A stretch of 63,878 bases of DNA, filler included, from Sandaracinaceae bacterium (GTDB taxonomy: Bacteria > Myxococcota_A > Polyangia > Polyangiales > JADJQN01), in assembly GCA_947483975.1 (NCBI GenBank). It is 7 parts of 7 records of this genome, joined end to end, with 100 filler letters (N's around TTAATTAATTAA, not from the genome) between each part and the next. Parts side by side here need not be neighbours in the genome. Positions count along the whole stretch, not along the records: positions 1 to 9,340 come from CANKOL010000206.1; 6 more parts are not named here. The stretch is one strand, 5' to 3'. This document shows, one piece after another, positions 1-7,689 of the stretch. Under the pieces are notes generated by a model that had not been told where the DNA came from, made no database searches, and was given only the letters and a program-made list of their open reading frames with translations. Positions within the stretch are counted from its first letter, which is position 1, and each line of letters starts with the position of its first letter. The position numbers and the translations under genes are program-made.

Positions 1-229
1 TCACGCACAACCTGCTCAAGCTCTTCCGCTACGGCGCGCGCCCCGCGTTGCTCTCGGCCGGCTGAGGCTCCACGGGAGGCCGCGTACGGCCTCGCGGAAG
101 CCCAAAGAAGCGACCTCGGCGCTCTTCGCCGCCTCCAGATCGCTCAGGAGCTCGATGCCACGTCGCCGCGCACGAGCCGCGGTAGCGCCGCACCGTGGGC
201 CGCAGGGGCTTTGCCCGACGGTCACCTAG
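1..229 (+). mobile_element. Right end of a probable IS1182-family insertion sequence (transposase tail 1-65, element end near 225-229)
   Basis: Frame from nt 3 reads THNLLKLFRYGARPALLSAG* (stop 63-65). HNLLKL is a typical C-terminal motif of IS1182 transposases. TTGCCCGACGGTCACCTAG (211-229) looks like an IS end ending in CTAG. A contig edge inside an IS fits a repeat-induced assembly break. Confidence 0.5.
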
Positions 230-788
230 AGCCCCGGCACACCCTCGTAGAGTTCGTCGAGCGACACCTCGAGGTCGAGGAGGCGGAGGGTGCCCGCCGA
301 GCGCTCCGAGAGCGTCCATGTGCCGTCGGCGTTGCGGGTTTGCAGCTCCACTAGGCGACGGCGCGAGTCCACGAGGAGGATGGTGTCGACGCTCGCGCGG
401 TGTCGATAGTGCGCGACCTTGGCGCCACGGTCGTATTCCTCCGTCGACTCACTGAGGACCTCGACGAGCATGCGCGGGTTGAGGAGCGTCTCGGGATGGG
501 TCGGGGCGAACTCAGCGGCGCCACAGACCACGGTGAGATCGGGGTAGCCGTAGAGGCCGGCCTCATCGAGGCGTACGCGGAGGTCCGAGACGTGGACGCG
601 ACACGGTCCGCCCCGCAGTCGGGTCCGAGCGCGACGGTGAGGTTCGCCTGGATGAGGCTGTGCGCCTCCGTGACGCCGGCCATCGCCAGCACCTCACCGT
701 TCACGAGCTCGTGCTTGCCCTCGTGGGCTAGCTCGTAAGCGAGGTACTCAGGCTCGCTCATGCGCGCGACGGTGACTGGGCGGCCCAT
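226..788 (-). pseudogene. Uma2 (DUF820) family endonuclease, frameshifted
   Basis: N-half MSEPEYLAYE...KHELVNGEVLAMAG..H..I..NL and C-half RLRGGPCRVHVSDLRV..YGYPDLTVVCG..NPRMLVEVLSESTEEYDRGAKVAHY lie in different frames. One base is missing near 621-623. Confidence 0.85.
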
Positions 789-873
789 CCGGCAGCGTCG
801 CATGGGAGGCTCGCGCCGGCTACCGTCCGGCGGGCTCGCGCGTCGGGGGACCTCGCCTGCGCGTGTACGCCGT

Positions 874-895
874 TCATGCCATCATGCGGTCATGC
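874..895 (+). promoter_or_regulatory. Possible antitoxin operator: TCATGC x3 at 8-bp spacing overlapping the start codon
   Basis: TCATGC at 874, 882 and 890; the last copy contains the ATG at 892. The operator role is inferred from typical TA autoregulation. Confidence 0.35.
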
Positions 896-1161
896 GACCA
901 GCGATCAAGCGGGTGGGGCAGAGCGGTCAGGTCAGCCTCGGGCGTGAGCTCGCGGGCAAGCTGCTGCGGCTCGAGCGGCTCGAGGGTGGGCGCTTGCTCC
1001 TGACGCCGGTCGTCGACATACCGGAGAGCCAAGTCTGGACGCTCAGCGAGCCGGACAAGTCGCGCATCGAGCGAGGGCTCGCGTGGGCAGCGGAGAACCC
1101 CGCCGAGGAGACCGACCTGAGCTCGCTCGTCGCCAAGGCGAAGCGGCGCGGCAAGCGCTGA
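892..1161 (+). CDS. Putative antitoxin, AbrB/SpoVT-like N-terminus
   Basis: 89 aa, MRPAIKRVGQSGQVSLGRELAGK..LLLTPV (swapped-hairpin pattern). Lies directly upstream of a RelE-like gene. Confidence 0.65.
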   Translation: MRPAIKRVGQSGQVSLGRELAGKLLRLERLEGGRLLLTPVVDIPESQVWTLSEPDKSRIERGLAWAAENPAEETDLSSLVAKAKRRGKR

Positions 1162-1168
1162 GGTCTGG

Positions 1169-1486
1169 GTGGTCAAGAAGCCGCCGGCGCGGGTTCGCTT
1201 GGACCTGATCTCACCAGAGTTCCTCGAGGTGTTCCTGCGCCTCGAGGGCGCGGACCTCGCCCAGGTCGCAGGCAGCCTCGACCAGCTTCGCAAGCTCGAC
1301 TGGTCGAACGTGTACGCCTCCAAGGGGCTTCACTGGGAGGCCATCGAGCACTTGAAGGCCCCCGACGGCAAGAGCTCCGTTTACAGCGTGCGCCTCGGCC
1401 AGAAGATTCGCGCGTTCGCCTTCCGCGACGGCGACTTCATGCGCTTCGTCTCGCTCCATCCCGACCACGACTCGGCTTACCGCTAG
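1169..1486 (+). CDS. Putative RelE/ParE-superfamily toxin
   Basis: 105 aa with YSVRLGQKIRAFAFRDGDFMRFVSLHPDHDSAY, matching the RelE-fold YSxR..R and C-terminal HD.Y pattern. Sits 7 nt after the antitoxin. Confidence 0.6.
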   Translation: MVKKPPARVRLDLISPEFLEVFLRLEGADLAQVAGSLDQLRKLDWSNVYASKGLHWEAIEHLKAPDGKSSVYSVRLGQKIRAFAFRDGDFMRFVSLHPDHDSAYR

Positions 1487-1509
1487 CCGAGCGCACGTCG
1501 CTGCCCGAA

Positions 1510-1915
1510 CGCTCAACCGCTCCCGTCGAATCGACTTGATGGCTCGGTGAGCGCTCAACCGCTGCCCCGCGAATCAACTCGATTGCCCAGGTAGCCCTTA
1601 GCCGTTCCCGCCGAATCAACTCGATGGCTCGGTGGGCGCGCCGCCGCCGTCCTGCGAATCAACTCGATGTCTCGGCCAGCGCTCGACCGCTGCCGCACGA
1701 GTCAACTCGATGGCGCGGTTAGCGCACAACCGTTCGCCACGAATCAAGTCGACTGCTTCGCAAGCGCTCGACCGTTGGCCCGCGCATCCACTCGATGGCT
1801 CGGTGAGCGCTCAGCCGTTCTCGGCGCAGCGACTCGATGGCCCCGCGAGCGCTCGGCCGTTCCCGCCGCATCGACTCGATGGGCTGACGAGCGCCCCGCC
1901 TTTCGGCGCCGCTCG
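1510..1915 (+). repeat. Degenerate tandem array, 9-10 units of 42-43 bp, each with two conserved blocks
   Basis: Units start at 1510, 1552, 1595, 1637, 1680, 1723, 1765, 1808, 1850, 1892. Consensus CGCTCRRCCG-(8-9 variable)-GAATCAACTCGATGG-(7 variable)-AG. Confidence 0.9.
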
Positions 1916-2015
1916 GCGGCTCGAGATCGAAATGCCGGGGGTGCGTTTTTTCTGCGCAACCACCGGCGGGAGCCACCGAGAAGAGGCGCAACAACGTTCT
2001 CTCTGGAGGTTTCCC

Positions 2016-2978
2016 ATGTCCAATGATCCCTATCGCAAGTCCTATGAACTCATCGAAGCCGAGGTCCTCGCCGTGCCGGAGTCGGCGCTCTTGCGCCTCA
2101 ACGTCGACGCGGCGTCTGCCGTGCTCACGGTCGTCGGCGCGCTGCCGAGCCTGCTGACGCTGCGCCCGGCGTTCGAGCGCGAGCTGCCGAGGTTCCCCCT
2201 CGACAAGCTCGACAAGCTCGAGGCGTACGCCAAGGGCCTCGGCTACGCGCACGCGCTCTACCTCACGGCCAACGGACCGAGCCGCACCGTGACGGAGCTC
2301 GCCGCCCGCGCCGAGGAGGTCTGCGCACAGCTCGACGAGGCGGCCCGCGCGCTCGCCGGGCGCAGCCTGCTCGACCCGGCGCAGTACGCGCGCGTCGCGA
2401 CGCAGCCCGCCGGCAAGCGCTCGTACAAGACGCTCGTGTTTCAGCTGATCGGCTACGTGGACCTGTTCCGCAAGGGCGCCGCGCGGGTCGAGGGCAAGAC
2501 GCCGGTCATCGAAGCCGAGCTTGCCGACGCCGAGCGCCTCGCCGCCGACTTCGGTGACGCGCTCGGACTGCGCGAGCACGGCGACGCCGAAGACAGCGAC
2601 GCGAACGAGTCCGCGCTCAACCGCCGCCGCGCCTACACGCTCTTCTGGAGCGCCTACGATCAGGTGCGGCGCGCCGTCACGTATCTGCGCTGGGACACGC
2701 AGGACGCCGAGCGCTTCGCGCCGTCGCTCTACGCCGGGCGCGGCAGCGGCGGAGTCGGGACGGACGTCGCCGAGACGCCGCCGGGCGCTGCGCCGTCGGC
2801 GGCCTCGGGCGCCGCGACTTCGGCGTCCACGACCCCGCCGTCCGCGACCTCGCCGTCTACCGCGGGCACCGCGGCCGACTCTGGAGGCAGCGCCGCAGCG
2901 CCGACTCCCGCTTCGCCCGTGCGCCCCGGCTTCCCCGGCGGCGATCCCTTCGAGCCCGCCGCGCCGGGAGCGCACTGA
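2016..2978 (+). CDS. Uncharacterised all-helical protein with Pro/Ala/Ser/Thr-rich tail
   Basis: GGAGG RBS at 2005-2009, ATG 2016, 320 aa, strong GC3 bias. Core ends RRRAYTLFWSAYDQVRRAVTYLRW..APSLYAGRG. The ORF-track extension to 1632 runs through the repeat array. Confidence 0.85.
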   Translation: MSNDPYRKSYELIEAEVLAVPESALLRLNVDAASAVLTVVGALPSLLTLRPAFERELPRFPLDKLDKLEAYAKGLGYAHALYLTANGPSRTVTELAARAEEVCAQLDEAARALAGRSLLDPAQYARVATQPAGKRSYKTLVFQLIGYVDLFRKGAARVEGKTPVIEAELADAERLAADFGDALGLREHGDAEDSDANESALNRRRAYTLFWSAYDQVRRAVTYLRWDTQDAERFAPSLYAGRGSGGVGTDVAETPPGAAPSAASGAATSASTTPPSATSPSTAGTAADSGGSAAAPTPASPVRPGFPGGDPFEPAAPGAH

Positions 2979-2981
2979 GCC

Positions 2982-4436
2982 ATGGCTGACGACGGTCTCA
3001 CCCGCGATGGTCTCTACCTCGGTCACGAGCGCGCGATCGGCGGAGGTCGCGCGGGGGACCGTCGTCACGTCGTGCCGCCCGATCACCTCGTCACGCACGG
3101 CGTCGTCGTCGGCATGACGGGCTCCGGCAAGACGGGGCTCGTCACCGTGCTGATCGAGGAGGCGCTGCGCGCGGGGACTCCCGTGCTCGCCCTCGACGTG
3201 AAGGGCGATCTGCCGAACCTGCTGCTCGCGTTTCCGTCGCTCGACGCCGCGCCCTTCGTGCCGTTCGCGGCGGGCACCGCCAAGCCCGGAGACGCGCGCA
3301 GCGCAGCCGAGATCGCAGCAGCGCTCGCCGCCGAGCGGCGCGAGGCGCTCGACGCGTGGGGCATCGGCGAGCCCGACCTGCGCGCGTTTCGCGACACGAC
3401 GCAGGTGCGCGTGATCACGCCGGGTTCGAGCGCGGGGGAGCCGCTGCACCTGCTCTCCTCGCTCGAGCGGCGCTCGAGCCGCTGGGACACGGACCCCGAG
3501 TCCGCGCGCGCCTCGCTGAGCGCGGCCGTCTCCCTGGTCTTGCGCCTGCTCGGGCGCGACCCCGATCCCGCCAAGAGCCGCGAGCACGTGCTCTTGTCGA
3601 TCCTCGCCGAGCGGCGGCTCTCGGCCGGCGACGACGCGAGCTTGACCGCGCTGATGGGTGACCTCGCGACGCCGCCGCTCGACGAGGTCGGCGCGCTCCC
3701 GCTCGACGAGTATCTGCCCGCGCACGAGCGCAAGACGCTCGCGCAGGCGCTCAACTCGCTGCTCGCGTCCCCGACGTTCGCGTCGTGGAGGGCGGGCGCG
3801 CCGCTCGACGTCGCCGAGTGGATGACGCCGAAGGACGGTCGCACGCCGGCCGTCATCGTCAGCGTCGCGCACCTCGACGACGCCGAGCGCGCGCTGGTGC
3901 TCGGCGTGCTGCTCGAGGAGGTGCTCGAGTGGGTGCGCGGGCTGCCCGGCTCGCAGCGCCTGCGCGCGCTGGTCGTGTTCGACGAGGTCTATGGCTTTCT
4001 GCCGCCGCACCCGGCGAACCCGCCGACCAAGCGCCCGCTCGTCGCGCTGATGAAGCAGGCGCGCGCCTTCGGCGTCGGTGTCGTCGTCGCGACGCAGAAC
4101 CCGATGGACCTCGACTACAGGGCCCTCAGCAACGCGGGCCTCTGGTGCGTCGGGCGCCTGCAGACGGACGCCGACCGCGAGCGCGTCCTCGACGGCATGG
4201 CGCTCGACCGAGCCGAGGAGAAGGCGACGGGCAAGCTCATGCAGCGCCTCTTGCCGCGGTGGTTCCTGGTGCGTGACGTGCACGCGGGCGCCGACGTGAG
4301 GCTCGTGCAGCCGCGCTACGCGAGGTCGTTCCTGCGCGGCCCGATGACGCGTCGCGAGCTTTGCGCCGCGAGGGCGGCGTATGCGCTGGAGCGAGGGACG
4401 ACGAGCGAAGAGGCGGCGAAGCCGGCGGGGCGATGA
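2982..4436 (+). CDS. HerA/FtsK-superfamily P-loop ATPase (DUF853/DUF87-like)
   Basis: THGVVVGMTGSGKT (Walker A), ALDVKGD, VVFDEVYGFLPP (Walker B), KQARAFGVGVVVATQNP (Arg finger/TQ motif). Starts 3 nt after the upstream stop. Confidence 0.9.
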   Translation: MADDGLTRDGLYLGHERAIGGGRAGDRRHVVPPDHLVTHGVVVGMTGSGKTGLVTVLIEEALRAGTPVLALDVKGDLPNLLLAFPSLDAAPFVPFAAGTAKPGDARSAAEIAAALAAERREALDAWGIGEPDLRAFRDTTQVRVITPGSSAGEPLHLLSSLERRSSRWDTDPESARASLSAAVSLVLRLLGRDPDPAKSREHVLLSILAERRLSAGDDASLTALMGDLATPPLDEVGALPLDEYLPAHERKTLAQALNSLLASPTFASWRAGAPLDVAEWMTPKDGRTPAVIVSVAHLDDAERALVLGVLLEEVLEWVRGLPGSQRLRALVVFDEVYGFLPPHPANPPTKRPLVALMKQARAFGVGVVVATQNPMDLDYRALSNAGLWCVGRLQTDADRERVLDGMALDRAEEKATGKLMQRLLPRWFLVRDVHAGADVRLVQPRYARSFLRGPMTRRELCAARAAYALERGTTSEEAAKPAGR

Positions 4437-4510
4437 CGTCGTCAGCAGGCCACGGCTCTCGGTGCGCCGACGGCGGTCCCAGCGGTCGACGCGAACAAAT
4501 CGGCTCCCCG

Positions 4511-4538
4511 TGGTCGTACCGTGGTAGGAAGACGACCA
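4511..4538 (+). promoter_or_regulatory. Inverted repeat TGGTCGT-N14-ACGACCA at the antitoxin start; possible operator
   Basis: TGGTCGT 4511-4517 and ACGACCA 4532-4538, abutting ATG 4538. Confidence 0.4.
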
Positions 4539-4795
4539 TGGCGAAGCTGAGCATCTCGGTGGACGACGGGGACCTCGCGTGGCTCAAGCGTCGGGCTGCT
4601 CGCGCGCACGGGGGAAACCTGTCGGCGGCGGTCGCCGAAGGGACGAAGCTCTTGCGGCACAACGAGGCACTCACAGCGCTCCTCGACGACCTCGGCGCGC
4701 CCGCGCTGTCAGCCGCTCGGCTGGCTGCGCTCGGGGCCGAGCTCGACGGGCGAGTGGCGACTCCGCCAACGAAGCGACGGCGGCGGGCTGCGTGA
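4538..4795 (+). CDS. vapB: Ribbon-helix-helix antitoxin (VapB-like)
   Basis: MAKLSISVDDGDLAWLKRRA..GNLSAAVAEG fits the RHH pattern. GTGA overlap with a PIN gene. Confidence 0.75.
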   Translation: MAKLSISVDDGDLAWLKRRAARAHGGNLSAAVAEGTKLLRHNEALTALLDDLGAPALSAARLAALGAELDGRVATPPTKRRRRAA

Positions 4796-5169
4796 ATCAC
4801 GGGATCACGCTCGACGCGGGCGCGCTCATCGCGCTCGAGCGCCGTCGCTCCCGTGTGCTCCAGTTGTTGCGGGCCGCGGCCCTCCGCAAGCAGCCCGTGA
4901 CCGTGCCCGGCGTGGTAGTCGCGGAGTGGTGGCGCGGCAGGACTGATGCGCGCGAGGCCATCTTGGCGGCGATGCTCGTCGAGCCGATGGACGCCGAGTT
5001 GGCGCGAATGGCCGGCGAGGCGCTCGCGGCCGTGCCGCGTTCCACGACCATCGACGCGATCGTCGTCGCGTCAGCCGCTCGCCGTGGCGACGTGATCCTC
5101 ACGAGCGACTTCGGAGACCTCTCGCCTCTCGCCCGGCATTTTGGGGCGGTCCGCGTCTTGGCGATCTAG
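4792..5169 (+). CDS. vapC: PIN-domain toxin (VapC-like)
   Basis: ITLDAGALIA, VVVAEWWRG, TIDAIVVASA, ILTSDFGDL carry the acidic PIN residues. Confidence 0.85.
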   Translation: MNHGITLDAGALIALERRRSRVLQLLRAAALRKQPVTVPGVVVAEWWRGRTDAREAILAAMLVEPMDAELARMAGEALAAVPRSTTIDAIVVASAARRGDVILTSDFGDLSPLARHFGAVRVLAI

Positions 5170-5248
5170 CGCCCTTGCAGTGCGCGCTCGATGCGCACGC
5201 GCGCCCCATGAGCGCCTTCGCTCGCCCGTCGCGTCGTGCCCCTCAGCT

Positions 5249-5515
5249 CTACCGACGGCGATACGCGGCGACCGCGGTGCCCGCGAGCACGCCGACGATC
5301 GTGCCGACGGCTGCGCCCGGGACGGCGCCGGCGAAGCTGCCGCCCTGATAGCCGAGGAACATACCGACGAGCATCGCGGGGGCGCCAAACGCCATGAGGT
5401 GGCGGGCGATGTACGCCTCGAGCAGGTCGGTGGCGGTGACCGCCTCCGTGGTGCTCTCGGTGGCGACGGCGGTGTTCTCGAAGGTGGTCGGCAGGGTGCT
5501 GGTGAGGGTCGTCAT
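5249..5515 (-). CDS. Small membrane protein with Gly-zipper-like hydrophobic C-terminus
   Basis: 88 aa, Thr-rich N-terminus, GGSFAGAVPGAAVGTIVGVLAG. GGAGA RBS and a sigma-54-type promoter upstream. Confidence 0.6.
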   Translation of the reverse strand: MTTLTSTLPTTFENTAVATESTTEAVTATDLLEAYIARHLMAFGAPAMLVGMFLGYQGGSFAGAVPGAAVGTIVGVLAGTAVAAYRRR

Positions 5516-5545
5516 GGCGCGTCTCCCGTTTGCAAAGGGAGCATC

Positions 5546-5560
5546 GCAAGCCGCGTGCCG
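5546..5560 (-). promoter_or_regulatory. Sigma-54 -24/-12 promoter
   Basis: Minus strand CGGCACGCGGCTTGC (GG-N10-GC, near TGGCACG-N4-TTGC), about 30 nt upstream of ATG 5515. Confidence 0.65.
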
Positions 5561-5890
5561 ACGCGGCTTCGCCCCGCGCGAAGGGGAATCGCCCGTTTCG
5601 GTGCTGCGCGCGTCGCCCGGCCGCTGCGTGGGCGCAGCGGCGCAGCAGCACCAGCGCTGCGGCGACGCAGCAGAGGCCCGACCGCCGCGCAGCACCGCGT
5701 CAGCCGCGCGGGGCGGCGGACCGTCCTCGGCGCGGCCGATGAGCCTGAGCGCGACTTCGTCGTCGACGCGGAGCGTGGCCTCGAGGGTGCGGTGCGCCGG
5801 GAATGTCCGCCCATCTCGCCGGGTTACCCGGCGCGACCAAGGTCGCCGCTGCCCTTGCCACGAGGGTCGCGCTCGACTAGGACCGCGCCC

Positions 5891-6940
5891 GTGATTCAGG
5901 TAGAACGGCTCACCAAGCGCTACGGAGACCGCGTCGCGGTCCGCGCGCTCTCATTCGAAGTGAAGAAGGGCGAGGTCGTCGGCTTCCTCGGGCCGAACGG
6001 CGCGGGCAAGAGCACGACGCTCCGGATGCTCACCGGCTTCCTCGAGCCGAGCGAGGGCACGATCCGCATCGCGGGGATCGACGCGCTCGCCGAGCCGCTC
6101 GAGGCGCGCCGGAAGATCGGGTACATGCCCGAGGCCGTCCCGCTCTATCCCGAGATGCGCGTGCAGGAGTACCTCGCGTACCGCGCGCAGCTGAAGGGCG
6201 TCGCGCGCCGCGACGTGAAGAAGCGCGTCGACGCCGCCCTCGAGAAGGCGAAGGTCACCGACGTCCGCACGCGCATCATCGGGCAGCTCTCGAAGGGCTA
6301 CCGGCAGCGCGTGGGCTTGGCGGACGCGCTCGTCGCGGACCCGCCGCTGCTCGTGCTCGACGAGCCGACGGCCGGCCTCGACCCGAACCAGATCCGGCAG
6401 GTGCGCGATCTCGTGCGCGGGCTCGCGGGCGAGCACACCGTGCTCATCTCGACGCACATCCTGCCCGAGGTCGAGGCCGTCTGTGGCCGCGTGCTGATCC
6501 TGCACAAGGGCGAGCTCAAGCTCGAGGGCGCGACCTCGTCGATCCGCCTCACGATGGGCGGGCAGTCGGCGCTCTTGCTGTCGCTGGTCGGGCGCGGCGA
6601 GCGCGCGGCGTTCGAGGCGGCCGTCAAGAGCACCGCGGGCGTGCGCCGGGTCGTGGACGCGCACGACCTCGACGGCGGGCTCGTGCACCTGCGCCTCGAG
6701 GCCGAGGGGCGGCCCGAGGTCGCGGAGGACGTGTTCCGCGCGGTCGCCGCGGCGGGGCTGGTGCTCCGTGAGCTGAAGTCCGAGGCCATCTCGCTCGAGG
6801 ACGTCTTCGCGCAGCTGACCACGCACGACGCGCCCGAGGCCCACTCGCCCGACGCGCCCGCGACGGACGCCGCGAGCCCAGCGCCCGACGCAGCCCCCCC
6901 CGCGGACGCCGACGCGCCGAAGGCCGAGGACGACGTATGA
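5891..6940 (+). CDS. ABC transporter ATP-binding protein (GldA-like)
   Basis: GPNGAGKST, LSKGYRQR, LVLDEPT, ISTH. GTG start at 5891. Confidence 0.92.
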   Translation: MIQVERLTKRYGDRVAVRALSFEVKKGEVVGFLGPNGAGKSTTLRMLTGFLEPSEGTIRIAGIDALAEPLEARRKIGYMPEAVPLYPEMRVQEYLAYRAQLKGVARRDVKKRVDAALEKAKVTDVRTRIIGQLSKGYRQRVGLADALVADPPLLVLDEPTAGLDPNQIRQVRDLVRGLAGEHTVLISTHILPEVEAVCGRVLILHKGELKLEGATSSIRLTMGGQSALLLSLVGRGERAAFEAAVKSTAGVRRVVDAHDLDGGLVHLRLEAEGRPEVAEDVFRAVAAAGLVLRELKSEAISLEDVFAQLTTHDAPEAHSPDAPATDAASPAPDAAPPADADAPKAEDDV

Positions 6941-7689
6941 ACGCCGCGCTCATCATCGCGAAGCGCGAGATCTTCTCGTTCTTCGTCTCGCCGATCGCCT
7001 ACGTCGTCATCACCGCCTGGCTGCTCTGGTCGGGCGTCGTCTTCTGGATGCTGATGAGCTTCGTCGCGGGGCAGGGCGTGACGCAGGCGGCGTCGCAGAC
7101 CCCGATCAGCCTGATCTTCGGGGGCACGACGCTCTTCTACATCCCGCTGCTCGTCTTCGTGCCGATCGTCACGATGCGCCTCGTCGCCGAGGAGCGCCGC
7201 TCCGGCACGATGGAGCTGCTGCTGACGGCGCCTGTGCGCGACGTCGAGGTCGTGATCGGCAAGTACCTCGCGGCGATGGTCTTCTGGCTCGCGATGTGGA
7301 TCCCGACGCTGATGTACGTCTGGCTGATCAGCCGCTACGGGGACGTGGACCTCGGCGCCGTCGGCTCGAGCTACCTCGGCATCTTCGGCATCGGGCTGTA
7401 TTACATGGCCGTCGGCGTGCTGATGAGCTCGCTCTCGCGCAACCAGATCGTCTCGGCGATCCTGACCTTCCTGACGCTCGGCGGGCTGTTCATGTTCGGC
7501 GTGCTCGAGTTCGTCTTTCAAGACTCCGCGTACAAGGAGATCTTCTCGTACGCGTCGATCTGGGGCCACATGGAGGCGTTCTCGAAGGGGCTCGTAGACA
7601 CGCGCTTTCTCGTCTTCGACGTGAGCATCGCGGCGGTCGCGCTCTACTTCGCGGTGCGCGCGGTGTCGTCGCGTCGAGGTGCGCAGTGA
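6937..7689 (+). CDS. ABC-2 permease (GldF-like)
   Basis: About six TM segments, TMRLVAEERRSGTMELLLTAP and GKYLA motifs. ATGA overlap. Confidence 0.9.
   Translation: MNAALIIAKREIFSFFVSPIAYVVITAWLLWSGVVFWMLMSFVAGQGVTQAASQTPISLIFGGTTLFYIPLLVFVPIVTMRLVAEERRSGTMELLLTAPVRDVEVVIGKYLAAMVFWLAMWIPTLMYVWLISRYGDVDLGAVGSSYLGIFGIGLYYMAVGVLMSSLSRNQIVSAILTFLTLGGLFMFGVLEFVFQDSAYKEIFSYASIWGHMEAFSKGLVDTRFLVFDVSIAAVALYFAVRAVSSRRGAQ

Noticed and set aside
1632..2015. N-terminal extension of the helical protein with 14-aa repeats
   Set aside because: It is a by-product of the array (42/43-bp units shift frame); a good RBS and ATG lie at 2005-2018.
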